Assembly: GCA_963934015.1 (NCBI GenBank)
Contig: CAWVWT010000001.1
Location: 120,574-184,573, forward strand
Length of the DNA: 64,000 bases
DNA from: an uncultured Candidatus Poseidoniales archaeon
Lineage (GTDB): Archaea; Thermoplasmatota; Poseidoniia; Poseidoniales; Thalassarchaeaceae
Direction of reading: 5' to 3'
Below, in pieces: positions 44,164-54,348 of this stretch (its first letter is position 1; each line of letters begins with the position of its first letter). The position numbers and the translations under genes were made by a program. The notes beneath the pieces are model-generated. The model made no database searches. It was not told the origin of the DNA and saw nothing but the letters and a program-made list of their open reading frames with translations.

Positions 44164-44269
44164 CCTAAACGTACCACCGAAAGCTGATACACCCCCTGGA
44201 ATAGGTCCTTTTTTCGATGCGAAGGGGCTAAACAGAGCACTTTTCAACCTCCTCGAACACACCCCGCAC

Positions 44270-44407
44270 ATGGTGGACTATTGTGAGGCGATTACCTGTC
44301 ATTGTGGATTCAAAGGGATGGCCGTACCTCGTCGACAACATATGGAATGCCCACAATGTGGTCACGTCATCGAAGCATGTTGTGAAGGTGCACCACTTTG
44401 GGAATAG
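44270..44407 (+). CDS. Small Cys-rich putative zinc-binding protein (45 aa)
   Basis: Manual translation MVDYCEAITCHCGFKGMAVPRRQHMECPQCGHVIEACCEGAPLWE*; below the track's length cutoff; fills the gap between tRNA-Glu and the convergent gene. Confidence 0.6.
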   Translation: MVDYCEAITCHCGFKGMAVPRRQHMECPQCGHVIEACCEGAPLWE

Positions 44408-45184
44408 TCACTGACGCTCTCTGTATGATGCAAGTAAGCCACTCAATAAAATACCCAATACAATGCCTACTTTCACCCCTTGAGTGTGGGCACCCTCGCC
44501 GGCTAAATCACGAAACGCAAATGCGAAGGCGATTGTGATTGGTCCACCCAAGAAAATGAATCTGAGAAACCATTTGATTACCGTCGGCGCATCGCCAATT
44601 GGACGCAATGTGACTGAACCTTTCTTCAGTAACAATTCCCAATTCAATTCACTTGTGACCTGTCGTAGCCTTTCAATCGTCATCGGACGTATTTTTGGGA
44701 CGGATTTTGAGTGTAACCCCCGGCCCGTGATTATTCGGACCCGTCCGAGCCAAGCACGTGAACCAATGATAAGTTCGAGAATGGTTTTTGATTGGTTCAA
44801 ATCCAAATCATGCAAATCAACGCTCAATACACCGCGATCTCGACGGACGTGGCTAGATATTGTCCAAGGGCGTTCATCGGCCCACGGCAGTGACGTCGCT
44901 GATTCCTCAATTGGGTGGAGGAGCATTTGCAATCGGTCTAATGGGTCGATATCGACGGTGTCTTCCGCTAATCTTCGATTGCGTTCAACATATCGCACCG
45001 ATGTGTAACTCAGGATGACAACCGTCGTTGAAACACCAACCATTCCACCGATACGTACCGATTGTTCAAGATTGGAAACATCCATCCCATTCGCAAAGAT
45101 GTGCATGAAGAAGGACATCGTACCAACCATGAGGCCCAATACTGTGGATAGAGAGAACAAGTCCCGCACCCTGAGGTCGGTCAT
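44408..45184 (-). CDS. Membrane protein with central Smr domain
   Basis: Two N-terminal and two C-terminal hydrophobic helices around VDLHDL...RIITGRGLHS...KGSVTL (Smr motifs). Start ATG 45184. Confidence 0.75.
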   Translation of the reverse strand: MTDLRVRDLFSLSTVLGLMVGTMSFFMHIFANGMDVSNLEQSVRIGGMVGVSTTVVILSYTSVRYVERNRRLAEDTVDIDPLDRLQMLLHPIEESATSLPWADERPWTISSHVRRDRGVLSVDLHDLDLNQSKTILELIIGSRAWLGRVRIITGRGLHSKSVPKIRPMTIERLRQVTSELNWELLLKKGSVTLRPIGDAPTVIKWFLRFIFLGGPITIAFAFAFRDLAGEGAHTQGVKVGIVLGILLSGLLASYRERQ

Positions 45185-45272
45185 TGACCACGCCGCTGTG
45201 TTGCCGGCTATGAATGGGGCGGCAGGGAAAACAATAGGAAGCACATTAGGTGCAATTGAGAGTCGAGCCGAT

Positions 45273-46049
45273 ATGGAGCCCCCCTTTCGTAATGGATTGG
45301 ATGGTCGAGACCGGGAAGTAAAGGTCAGCCGTTGGGTTTTCGGCATTGCTGGTTTCTATTGTATTTCGATGTTTTTGGTTCCATTGATGATGCCTACTGA
45401 TTCAGTCCCTGAGCTTTCAGGGAGAGCGAATATGATGGATTATGCATCAGGGGACTCTTGGGGGAATCATGACCATTTTGATGACGGTGAAATGGGTCAT
45501 AATCAAAGCGCCCACGGTGGAACGTTCGCTTGGTCCGACCTAAATCCATACTATGCCTTCATCTATGCTTTTGGCGACCTGAATTGCCATCAAAAACATG
45601 AGAGATCTTGGACAATAAATGGAAACCAGATGCCTGTTTGCACCCGTGACGTTGGCATCTTTCTCGGACTTGCACTCGGTGGATGGTGGTTCTCCAGACG
45701 TGGCCTCAATAGATGGACCATACGTGACTCATTTTTGACTCTATTTCCCGATACAATGATTGCCCCACTCTACAAAAGTGATCGGCGATTGTCTGCAATG
45801 GTTGGAACCTGTTTGCTGTTTTGTTTACCTGTCGTTCTCGATGGTGGAATCCAAGCGATCACTGCATACGAATCCATCAACCCGGTGCGCATAACCACCG
45901 GCATCCCATTCGGCTTTATCATCGGGTGGTACCTGTGTGCAAGTTTGTCATCTAGACCCGAAAAATTCAACCTCGATGCTACAATAGTTCAACTTCCCGC
46001 AGGTGCACGTTTGTCGATTGCAGAGCCTACCAGGGATGAGAGCGAATAA
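45273..46049 (+). CDS. DUF2085-type predicted membrane protein
   Basis: CHQKHERS...NGNQMPVCTRDVGIFLG...LDGGIQ...YESINPVRITTG. Start ATG 45273. Confidence 0.75.
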   Translation: MEPPFRNGLDGRDREVKVSRWVFGIAGFYCISMFLVPLMMPTDSVPELSGRANMMDYASGDSWGNHDHFDDGEMGHNQSAHGGTFAWSDLNPYYAFIYAFGDLNCHQKHERSWTINGNQMPVCTRDVGIFLGLALGGWWFSRRGLNRWTIRDSFLTLFPDTMIAPLYKSDRRLSAMVGTCLLFCLPVVLDGGIQAITAYESINPVRITTGIPFGFIIGWYLCASLSSRPEKFNLDATIVQLPAGARLSIAEPTRDESE

Positions 46050-47390
46050 TCAAACAGCGCCATTCTGCCACCAAGCAAGAAGTTCTTCACGAGTACTCGG
46101 TGGTGATACATCTGCTTTACCCGAACCAAGTATAGCCAAGCGGGCAATGCAGGAATCCGCTGCGCTGGGATTGGATGACAATGCAGCACTGAGCCCATGT
46201 TTCCAAGATGACCTGGCATGGGTACGTCGCCATTCTGAGAGAGTTTCTTTCAACGGCCATAGTGCAATACCAATTCGACCGAATGCTTGCCAATCAGATC
46301 GCAATTCAGAGCGTGAGGCATCACTACCCACAAGTGAACGATATACCCTGACCCAACCAGATTGTTCGTGAAAAATTTTCACCATGCGCCGAGTGTGCCG
46401 TTCCGTGACCATTCGAACCGGACCAAGCCATGCGCGTAATTCATGAATTTCAACACTGGGTAGCAAGGAAAGGGTTCCGACAATTGCGAGTACAGGGTGA
46501 CTCAGAGGATCAAGTGGAGCATCAAGTCTAGAGGGGGCATCGGATGCTTGAATCGCACCGATGTAAATTTGTGTTGAATCCCTCACAATTTCCCACGGTT
46601 TACTTGAGTCAAGCCAATCTAAATTACTGCGAGCAGGCCGAGATTCAACAACATCAAGAGTTGTTTGCCCACGTTGTGAGGACAAAGCGCGCCCCAACAT
46701 ATGCAGCTCAACTTCTTCAGTTGAGACATTGATTGGCGGTGGACGCTCATGGAGAAATCGCCTAATTTCAAATTGTAACTTCTTACGCAAATCATCTTTC
46801 GTACCATCATTAACAATTGGTCCAACAACGCGTCCCAAATCAAACGGTTTTGGCATTGGGACAACGCCACCTAACAAATCGTGGTACCCTTGGCGGATTC
46901 TGACTTGATATTCATCGGTTTCAAAATATTCAGTTTTATCAAGCGTAAGCCGGAGTGTGTCGTGTTTAATTCGACGCAACGCTGCACCAGGATCGCAATC
47001 GACCCAGATGCATAAGTCTGGAATCATTGCAGCCGCATTCATTTGAGCCACCTCCTCTATTCCAAGGTCGCCCACTACACCTTGATAGACCAAAGAAGAG
47101 TGGATATTTCGCTCACTGACAACCACACGGCCTTGCCCCAAGCGTGGACGAATCCAAGTGTGGGAATGGTCCATTCGATCGGCTGCAAAATATACCGCTT
47201 CACGGGTTGGACCTGCATCGCCGGTACGAACGGCTTCAACTGCCATCAATCCGAGTTCAGCATTCCTGCGAGGTTCGGCAGTCACATCGACGCCGGCAAA
47301 GGTGAATTCTTTTTGCAGAATTTCTGCAATCATTTTGGTAGCCAGCCCTTTGCCCGAACCATCGCCGCCCTCTACGGTAATCAGGTACAT
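46050..47390 (-). CDS. tmk: Thymidylate kinase with long C-terminal extension
   Basis: ITVEGGDGSGK, TAEP, FAADRMDH, IRPRL..G.VVVSER...SSLVYQG, PDLCIWVD; then ~230 unassigned residues. Confidence 0.8.
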   Translation of the reverse strand: MYLITVEGGDGSGKGLATKMIAEILQKEFTFAGVDVTAEPRRNAELGLMAVEAVRTGDAGPTREAVYFAADRMDHSHTWIRPRLGQGRVVVSERNIHSSLVYQGVVGDLGIEEVAQMNAAAMIPDLCIWVDCDPGAALRRIKHDTLRLTLDKTEYFETDEYQVRIRQGYHDLLGGVVPMPKPFDLGRVVGPIVNDGTKDDLRKKLQFEIRRFLHERPPPINVSTEEVELHMLGRALSSQRGQTTLDVVESRPARSNLDWLDSSKPWEIVRDSTQIYIGAIQASDAPSRLDAPLDPLSHPVLAIVGTLSLLPSVEIHELRAWLGPVRMVTERHTRRMVKIFHEQSGWVRVYRSLVGSDASRSELRSDWQAFGRIGIALWPLKETLSEWRRTHARSSWKHGLSAALSSNPSAADSCIARLAILGSGKADVSPPSTREELLAWWQNGAV

Positions 47391-47399
47391 CTTCGCACC

Positions 47400-48179
47400 T
47401 CAATTCTCGTCTTCTTCGGAATCTTCGAAATGTTTCTTGGTGGCTGAAAGCATTCCCATACCTGCTAAAATTAACATTGGACCGATGAAAATTCCACCAC
47501 GGCTGAACAATGCGATTCCGCATAGATACTGAGTCCTGCGGTAATGCTTCCCGCGCCTGGCTTCAGCCGCACCAGCTAGGCCGAATAAGGCAGAGATGAC
47601 TGTCAATGATGCAACCACAGATGCCAGTAAAACTGCACTCTCAAGATGGGAATCTCGTCGCAAATCTTCTTCGATGACACCTTCGCCGGGAGTCATGGTA
47701 AGTGAAATATCAGCTTGTTCGCCAGGATTGAACGTAATGCGGAGGGTTTTGTTGCCGGAATGTGCCACCTTGAGAATGTATGATTCTTCTTGGGGTACCT
47801 CTAACATCGAAAAACGGCCATCCCTATTGGTGTAAGCGCTATGGCCGGTGGGTTCATCATCAATATTCAGCAAAATGACTTGTATACCTTCAATCGGATC
47901 CCCGCCTGTGAGGTTAGCCTCATCGACTGCAGACAATAATTGACCATTGACTGTCGCAGTATTTTGATCAATGAATAGAGGGTTTTCAAGGACATCTTGG
48001 GGGTCCGCTGCAAACAGTAAGGCACCGAACCAGAGGCCCATTAGTGAGCCGACAATAATCAGGCTTACTGCAACATTTCCGGACCACTCAAGTGCATCAT
48101 CCTGAGAGCCGCGTCGGGCTGCTGCTTCGACTTCATCATCGATATCCAAACGGACAACAAGATCTTCATCGTCACTCAT
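47400..48179 (-). CDS. Membrane protein with extracellular carboxypeptidase-regulatory-like (transthyretin-type) domain
   Basis: TM, then VNGQL...GDPIEGIQV...AYTNRDGRFSM.EVP...YILKVAHSG, then further TM helices. Confidence 0.6.
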   Translation of the reverse strand: MSDDEDLVVRLDIDDEVEAAARRGSQDDALEWSGNVAVSLIIVGSLMGLWFGALLFAADPQDVLENPLFIDQNTATVNGQLLSAVDEANLTGGDPIEGIQVILLNIDDEPTGHSAYTNRDGRFSMLEVPQEESYILKVAHSGNKTLRITFNPGEQADISLTMTPGEGVIEEDLRRDSHLESAVLLASVVASLTVISALFGLAGAAEARRGKHYRRTQYLCGIALFSRGGIFIGPMLILAGMGMLSATKKHFEDSEEDEN

Positions 48180-49141
48180 TTTGGTGGCCCCCCATTACGT
48201 GGGTTGCGTCCGCCGTCCTTCAAGGTCATGGTGATTAGAATCACGACTGCAATCAGCAAGATGGCTAGAATGATTTCTGAATAAATTGGATCTACACTAC
48301 TTGCCGTAGATTCAGGAGACCCAACTTCTGGTTCGGGTTCAGGAAGTGGGGGGTGTTCAGGCACTGTGAAAGTTACATTGTACATGTTCGACCAGTATTT
48401 ACCTGTAATCCACAATGATTGTGTTGTAGAATCAAAGGCGATGCCATTCAGAACGCCTCCCCCTTCAGGTTTCAAACCACTTGCATCAATATGTTCTACA
48501 ACCACACCCGAAACCAAATCGATGGTTACAATCTCCTCTGTCTGGTAGATGTTTGCCATCAACAATCCATTCACGATTTCAAGTTCATTGATACGGCTGA
48601 TTGATTCATTGTTTAGCGTGACATTGAGTGTAGACTCCAATTCAAATGTTGAAGCGTTTCTAAATTGTAGAACATTGGAACCATTGGACATGATGAGGTG
48701 GGTGCCATCGTAGGCCAGACCCCAACCTTCACCGCCATAGGAATAATTCGCGATAACTTCGAACGTTTCCATATCGTACCGATAGGCGATACCCTCTTTC
48801 CAAGTGAGTTGGATAATTTCATCCCCTACAAATGTCATACCCTCGCCAAATTCGCTGGCATCCAAATTGATTGAGCGGATGATTTCGCCGGTTGAATGAT
48901 TCACTTCGCGCAGTGTCGAATTACCGTACTTTCCGGTTGATTCAAACAATCGATCACCGTAAAATTCCAATCCTTGTGTATATGCGGTTGAATCATGCGA
49001 AACATTGTCTTGTTCAACAACCACATATGACTCGGCTCGGACATACGCTGAATCGCCGTCTTGTGCCCCCATAATAGGGGTTGAAGATAGCAAAAATAGG
49101 GTGGTGCACAAGACCGCCAATACACCCCGCCCCCCGAGCAT
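48176..49141 (-). CDS. Glutaminyl-peptide cyclotransferase (type II, beta-propeller), secreted and C-terminally anchored
   Basis: HDSTAYTQGL, LFESTGKYG, FGEGMT, QLTWK, GEGWGL, LIMSNGS, INELE, ANIYQ, VLNGIAFD, ITGKYW. Confidence 0.9.
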   Translation of the reverse strand: MLGGRGVLAVLCTTLFLLSSTPIMGAQDGDSAYVRAESYVVVEQDNVSHDSTAYTQGLEFYGDRLFESTGKYGNSTLREVNHSTGEIIRSINLDASEFGEGMTFVGDEIIQLTWKEGIAYRYDMETFEVIANYSYGGEGWGLAYDGTHLIMSNGSNVLQFRNASTFELESTLNVTLNNESISRINELEIVNGLLMANIYQTEEIVTIDLVSGVVVEHIDASGLKPEGGGVLNGIAFDSTTQSLWITGKYWSNMYNVTFTVPEHPPLPEPEPEVGSPESTASSVDPIYSEIILAILLIAVVILITMTLKDGGRNPRNGGPPK

Positions 49142-49226
49142 GTATGAACAATGCTCCACCTTGTGTTAAATACCTGCTCGGGTCAAAGTCAACGCGGAAC
49201 ACGTAGTGTTCCCGCGAGGTGACTAA

Positions 49227-52200
49227 ATGTCCGCTGGCAACCGCTCCCAATGTCTATTCTTGGTTTCACTGATGATTCTGGTATCTTGGGTACCTTTTGC
49301 CGCTGCAAACGATGGAGATTCAAACCCTGAATACACCTCAGCGGGTGGGCTTTTCTACAATCTAGATGAATTTGACCCGATGGCCAATGGAAAGCCGTAC
49401 CTCTTTGCTGGTGGCGAAGATGAACTCATATTCAGTGCCACCCGGCACCTCAAGCAACAATGGGCTGATGAGGGCTATCCTGGGCTTGTATTACCCTTTG
49501 AAGAAACGGCCACAAGTGCAAGAACAGCTGGACGTGCTTGTGAGAATGCGTGGACGGCAGGGGAAACCGGAACAGTACAAACCACAGCTGGTCAAATCCA
49601 GATTTCGGCCATGCATGTGACGGCAAATGCTGCAATCCTCATCGAAAATGGGCAATCGGTCTCATCAACTACATTGAATAACATCGGTTCGACTTGGGAA
49701 ACCACCATTTTCCCAACGAATACAAACTACTTCGGAAACCCCCCTGATGTTGACAACAATTGCCAGATTGAAATCGTCATCTACGCGATTGATGGCGGGG
49801 CAAACATTGGAGGATATTTCATGCCCAGTATGTCATCTACACGTGAAATAATCTACGTTGACATCGATGATCTGTCATGGCGAAATACAATCCTTGCACA
49901 CGAATTTCAGCACCTTCTTCACAACGCCCGTGATCCTTTCGAATACATCTGGATTGACGAAGGGAATGCAGATATGGCGGCTTTCCTCTGTTTTGGTGCC
50001 TCTAATGCAGTCATCGGACACGCCAATGCGTGGACGCAGAATGCCAGCGCTTCCGTTCGATGGTGGAATCAGCGCATTGGTGACTACGGCGCCGGCTTCA
50101 TGTTCATGCTCTTCCTGGCTGACAATCTCGGCGGTGGTTCTGCCATCCGCCAATTGGTTTCAGATACACTAACAGGTGGACAAGGTATTGAAGATTTAGC
50201 CCAAACTTTGGGTCCAAGTGGGACCCCTATTGGAACCACGATGACAGATATTTTCGCTAACTTTACCGCGTCGGTCACCCTTGACCATGGAACTCAAGCT
50301 GAATTTGGTCTCGACAATATCGACATGTATGAAACCTGCGGGAATAATCAATTCTGCCGGATACAACTTTCAGGATCAAATCTGAATTGGGCAGGAATAT
50401 GGCAAAGTGGAACCCAAGATATTGAAGGATGGGGGGTGCATGCATTCCGATTCTTGGATGGTACAGGTACACCACTGAACATCATGATTCAACCCAGTGA
50501 ATTGGGTTTTGCTGCAACAGTATTGACGCATGATGCAGCGGCTGGAACTTGGTCGATGGAGCAATTACGCTTCGACGAATTAACTGGGATTGGTACCGCA
50601 TTAATCCCTAGTTTTGGCAATGCAACTGATGACGTCTACCTCATTGTTTGGTACGAGAGTGGAGTCGACGATTGCGATTATACCAGCCCTAATTGCGCAT
50701 TCCCAGGGGGTGCTGAATATCCAATCGCCACTTTTGATGTGACGGCAGGAATCATCAGCCAACCCGCTGAAATTACAGTGACACAAGAAATCAAAACCGA
50801 TCGTGACGAGGACGGGGATGTCGACACTGTCGAAGCAACTGTTGATGTGATATCATCCGCTTTCTACGAAGTTCTGGACATCGAGGTCAAGGCTTACGAA
50901 AACAATACCCTACATGATTCATCAGAATTCTCTATTGAGGCAGGCGATACAGTTCCAGTTGGGTCAACAAACCAAACGATTTGGTACACCCCACCTTGGG
51001 ATGGTGATTGGACACTGCATTTCACGATGCGGAATCAAATCGGGGAAATTGTCGACGAGGCCCTTACCCTACCCATTACATTGGCAAACATGGCACCTGT
51101 CGCTGAAGGGAGTGCCGCTGCGAATGCAACCCAAACATGGTTGCCACTGCAGTTCTTTGGTGCGGGTTACGACCTTTGGGGATTAGGGCTAACCAATGAA
51201 TCATTTTCCCACAACGAAACACCAGTTGGTTACAATTGGAATTTCGGGGACAACTTACCTGGCTCTGGACTCAAGGACCCCATGCGTTCTTGGCAGAATC
51301 CAGGCATGTACAATGTCACCCTCACGGTTGTTGATCAAGGAGGCGCTATTAGTGCAATCCAAACCTGGGAAATTAGTGTCAACGACACCGAGCCACCAAC
51401 CCCCCGGATCGATGTAGGCTCCCCTCCTGCCGCAATTTCCGACCCCTATACACTCCTCACATCGCAGCGTGTACAATTCTCAGCAGCTAGAAGTGAAGAC
51501 AATGTTCCACTCAATCAATTGACATTTACATGGGACTTTGGTGACGGGACCATCCTCAGTGGCCAAGGCCTCTATGATGTGTCACATGAATGGGACATCG
51601 GCTCATCGAATGGGACCCCCTACAATCTCACATTGCATGTAGACGATGGCACACATGTGGCAAATATGTCGGTTACCATTTTGATTATGAATCGTGTACC
51701 ACGACAGGTTTGGTTTGAGGATTTGCAAACCTCAACCCTGACACCATTGGATCTACCAACGGTGTTTACCGATGATGATGGTGCAATCATGGCAACAGAT
51801 TGGTGGTTTGATGAAAACGTCAATTTCGATGGTGGAATCGTAACGATGTCTTCGCCTTTTGTTGACAATCATTCCACAGACACCAACCCCGTGCCCGCTT
51901 GGGCAACACCCGGTTGGAAAAATGTCACAATCTTTGCGACTGATGATTCAGGTGATGTGAGTTGGACTGTGTTACACATTGAAGTCCTAAACCAGCGACC
52001 TGTAGCAATTTTCCCTCGCCCAGATGATGGGGCGACCAATACGATGTACACATTCCTATCCTCGTCGTTCGACCCCGATGGAAATTCAGGAAACATGAGT
52101 CACAACTGGACCATCTCTGGAATCCAAGACCCAATTACAAACAACCAAGTCAATCACATGTTCACTGAACCGGGCGTCTACAGCGTGACCTTAATCGTGA

Positions 52201-53384
52201 CCGATGAAAGGGGATTGGAATCGCTGCCCAAGAGTTACACAATCCATATCGCCAACCCACTTCCAATGCCCGTTCTGTCTACACACGAAGCTTGGCTTAA
52301 CGGGACTGTTGTAACTGTACCTGGATCTGATTTATCAGTCTACAATTGGCGACGGACCTTCACAGACACAGGAGATATTTTCGTTGCACCAGGAACTGTT
52401 TTGCGATTTTCTTCGGCCGGTTCACGGGATATGGATACGACCTTTGATGGGATGCTAAACCCAAATCAAGGAGCAGCTGATTGGAATGGAATTGTAGATA
52501 CCACATGGAACTGGGGAGATGCTTCCCCACCATCACATGAATACGATGCGTGGCATATTTTTGAACAGCCAGGATATTACACCGTGACTCTTACTGTCAG
52601 AGATGGCTACGGGACAGGGGATAGCAATTCAACAACGATTGGAATCTGGGTTTCAAGTGCCCCAACCATTTATCCTGATCACGTTATTGTCGATGGAATC
52701 GCTTTCAGTGGATACCTGAATGTTATCGAAGCCTATGCCGATGATTTCGACATGGTGTCTGGAATGATTGCTTGGCGCGATGATGATGCAATGACCGATA
52801 GCGACAGTGATGGCATTACGGACAATGATCAAGATACACCACTCAATACAGACCTCACCTACTGGTGGGACCTAGACGATAGCATAGATGACGATGGGAA
52901 TGGTAATTTCAATGATGATTGGACAACCAACCCCGTTGTCCGTGAAGGGCGAGGAAATGATGTGCAATGGAATGAATCCGGTGAATATGTCATCCGGTTG
53001 AAAATCTGTGACGACACTGATGTCTGCACCATTGAAACCTATGATGTCATCGTTCGAAACCCAGATGATTCCGATGATGTATTGGGTGATTTGTCATGGA
53101 AGGATTTGCTTCCTTCGACTGATTCTAGTAGTTTGTACATCATCATCCTCATCGCTTTGGTACTAACCCTCGGATGGTTGGTCATGCGAGAACCAGAGGA
53201 AATCGAAGTCGAAGCCGAGCATGCCGCCAGTACTTACGATGTTGCTGAAGTCCACACCGAAGGTGGTATTTTGGGTATGGACCAGCATACACCTCCCCCA
53301 AAACCAACTCATTTGACCAAAGATGATCGGCGCAGCAAGGATTCGGGTTATGTACGACCTGTCACCAGCAGACGTCGGCGGTGA
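49227..53384 (+). CDS. Secreted zinc metallopeptidase (HExxH...E) with multiple PKD domains and C-terminal TM
   Basis: Signal peptide; FGNPPDVDNN, ILAHEFQHLLH, WIDEGNAD; several WNFGD/WDFGDG/PGxYxVTLTV PKD motifs; DxDxDG Ca-binding loops; SD GAGGTGA. Confidence 0.85.
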   Translation: MSAGNRSQCLFLVSLMILVSWVPFAAANDGDSNPEYTSAGGLFYNLDEFDPMANGKPYLFAGGEDELIFSATRHLKQQWADEGYPGLVLPFEETATSARTAGRACENAWTAGETGTVQTTAGQIQISAMHVTANAAILIENGQSVSSTTLNNIGSTWETTIFPTNTNYFGNPPDVDNNCQIEIVIYAIDGGANIGGYFMPSMSSTREIIYVDIDDLSWRNTILAHEFQHLLHNARDPFEYIWIDEGNADMAAFLCFGASNAVIGHANAWTQNASASVRWWNQRIGDYGAGFMFMLFLADNLGGGSAIRQLVSDTLTGGQGIEDLAQTLGPSGTPIGTTMTDIFANFTASVTLDHGTQAEFGLDNIDMYETCGNNQFCRIQLSGSNLNWAGIWQSGTQDIEGWGVHAFRFLDGTGTPLNIMIQPSELGFAATVLTHDAAAGTWSMEQLRFDELTGIGTALIPSFGNATDDVYLIVWYESGVDDCDYTSPNCAFPGGAEYPIATFDVTAGIISQPAEITVTQEIKTDRDEDGDVDTVEATVDVISSAFYEVLDIEVKAYENNTLHDSSEFSIEAGDTVPVGSTNQTIWYTPPWDGDWTLHFTMRNQIGEIVDEALTLPITLANMAPVAEGSAAANATQTWLPLQFFGAGYDLWGLGLTNESFSHNETPVGYNWNFGDNLPGSGLKDPMRSWQNPGMYNVTLTVVDQGGAISAIQTWEISVNDTEPPTPRIDVGSPPAAISDPYTLLTSQRVQFSAARSEDNVPLNQLTFTWDFGDGTILSGQGLYDVSHEWDIGSSNGTPYNLTLHVDDGTHVANMSVTILIMNRVPRQVWFEDLQTSTLTPLDLPTVFTDDDGAIMATDWWFDENVNFDGGIVTMSSPFVDNHSTDTNPVPAWATPGWKNVTIFATDDSGDVSWTVLHIEVLNQRPVAIFPRPDDGATNTMYTFLSSSFDPDGNSGNMSHNWTISGIQDPITNNQVNHMFTEPGVYSVTLIVTDERGLESLPKSYTIHIANPLPMPVLSTHEAWLNGTVVTVPGSDLSVYNWRRTFTDTGDIFVAPGTVLRFSSAGSRDMDTTFDGMLNPNQGAADWNGIVDTTWNWGDASPPSHEYDAWHIFEQPGYYTVTLTVRDGYGTGDSNSTTIGIWVSSAPTIYPDHVIVDGIAFSGYLNVIEAYADDFDMVSGMIAWRDDDAMTDSDSDGITDNDQDTPLNTDLTYWWDLDDSIDDDGNGNFNDDWTTNPVVREGRGNDVQWNESGEYVIRLKICDDTDVCTIETYDVIVRNPDDSDDVLGDLSWKDLLPSTDSSSLYIIILIALVLTLGWLVMREPEEIEVEAEHAASTYDVAEVHTEGGILGMDQHTPPPKPTHLTKDDRRSKDSGYVRPVTSRRRR

Positions 53385-53388
53385 GATT

Positions 53389-54348
53389 GTGGTAAGAAAT
53401 ACGAGACTTAGCGTGACCGTTGTAGTCACACTACTGCTTCTACCATTGTTATCCGTGATTTCTTACGAAACAGGTATCGAAATCGCATCCGTTGCATCAG
53501 CCCAAGACCGCCCCCCCTGCAAAATTGGGATGCCCATCGATGAATGGTCAGTTGAACAATTCAGCTTGACTGGAAATGGAATGGCTGGTGAAGAGGGGCA
53601 ATGGTGGGAGGGTGATTCGGGCCCAACATATGAATATGAACATTGTCCACTTCAATCATCATTCAGCACCTCATTTGTGCTAAACAATGATTCCGCTGTT
53701 GGCCTAAGGATGCACCTGACCACGGGCTGGAAATACACATTTTCAGTCAATCTACAAAACCTCAATGAATCCGATGAAAAACCTATTGCAGATGTGTATT
53801 TACTTCAACAAAATCATTTCGAACGATATGAATTTGATTTTGATTCGCGACATAACGAATGGGATGGAATGCGTGACGATATTGCTCATTCTGCACCTTG
53901 GTTACAGAACCTGATTATTTGGAAACCATTCAGAGATGTCCATTCCTATGAGAAATTGCATGAAGTTGATTTTGCCGTAGCACTCGATCACGAAGAACGA
54001 AGTTACTCACTGTGGGATGATTCCGCTGAAATTGAGGAAATGTTTCTTCTCGTTGAATCATGGAACAATATTCGTGATTATGACGCCAAGTCACAAGCGG
54101 TCAACTATAGCGTCGATGTGACCGTTCAAGTCGAAGAACGATTCTCACTTCCTAACTGGACGGTGTCATTGGCCTGTTGCAGTGGGTTGATTGGTATCCT
54201 CGCAGCACCTTTCCTTGTTCACAGTCGCTACATGAAAGCGGGATTGGATGTTATCGAATCCGGTGGTGGGGATATGATGCCACATCTCGATACTGAACCA
54301 GAGAGAGCGCCGACTATACAGGATCAGTCTCAACCACCCACAGGGTGA
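53389..54348 (+). CDS. Hypothetical secreted or membrane-anchored protein
   Basis: N-terminal hydrophobic stretch and C-terminal TM; GTG 53389 preceded by GGTGAG, just after the peptidase stop. Confidence 0.65.
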   Translation: MVRNTRLSVTVVVTLLLLPLLSVISYETGIEIASVASAQDRPPCKIGMPIDEWSVEQFSLTGNGMAGEEGQWWEGDSGPTYEYEHCPLQSSFSTSFVLNNDSAVGLRMHLTTGWKYTFSVNLQNLNESDEKPIADVYLLQQNHFERYEFDFDSRHNEWDGMRDDIAHSAPWLQNLIIWKPFRDVHSYEKLHEVDFAVALDHEERSYSLWDDSAEIEEMFLLVESWNNIRDYDAKSQAVNYSVDVTVQVEERFSLPNWTVSLACCSGLIGILAAPFLVHSRYMKAGLDVIESGGGDMMPHLDTEPERAPTIQDQSQPPTG

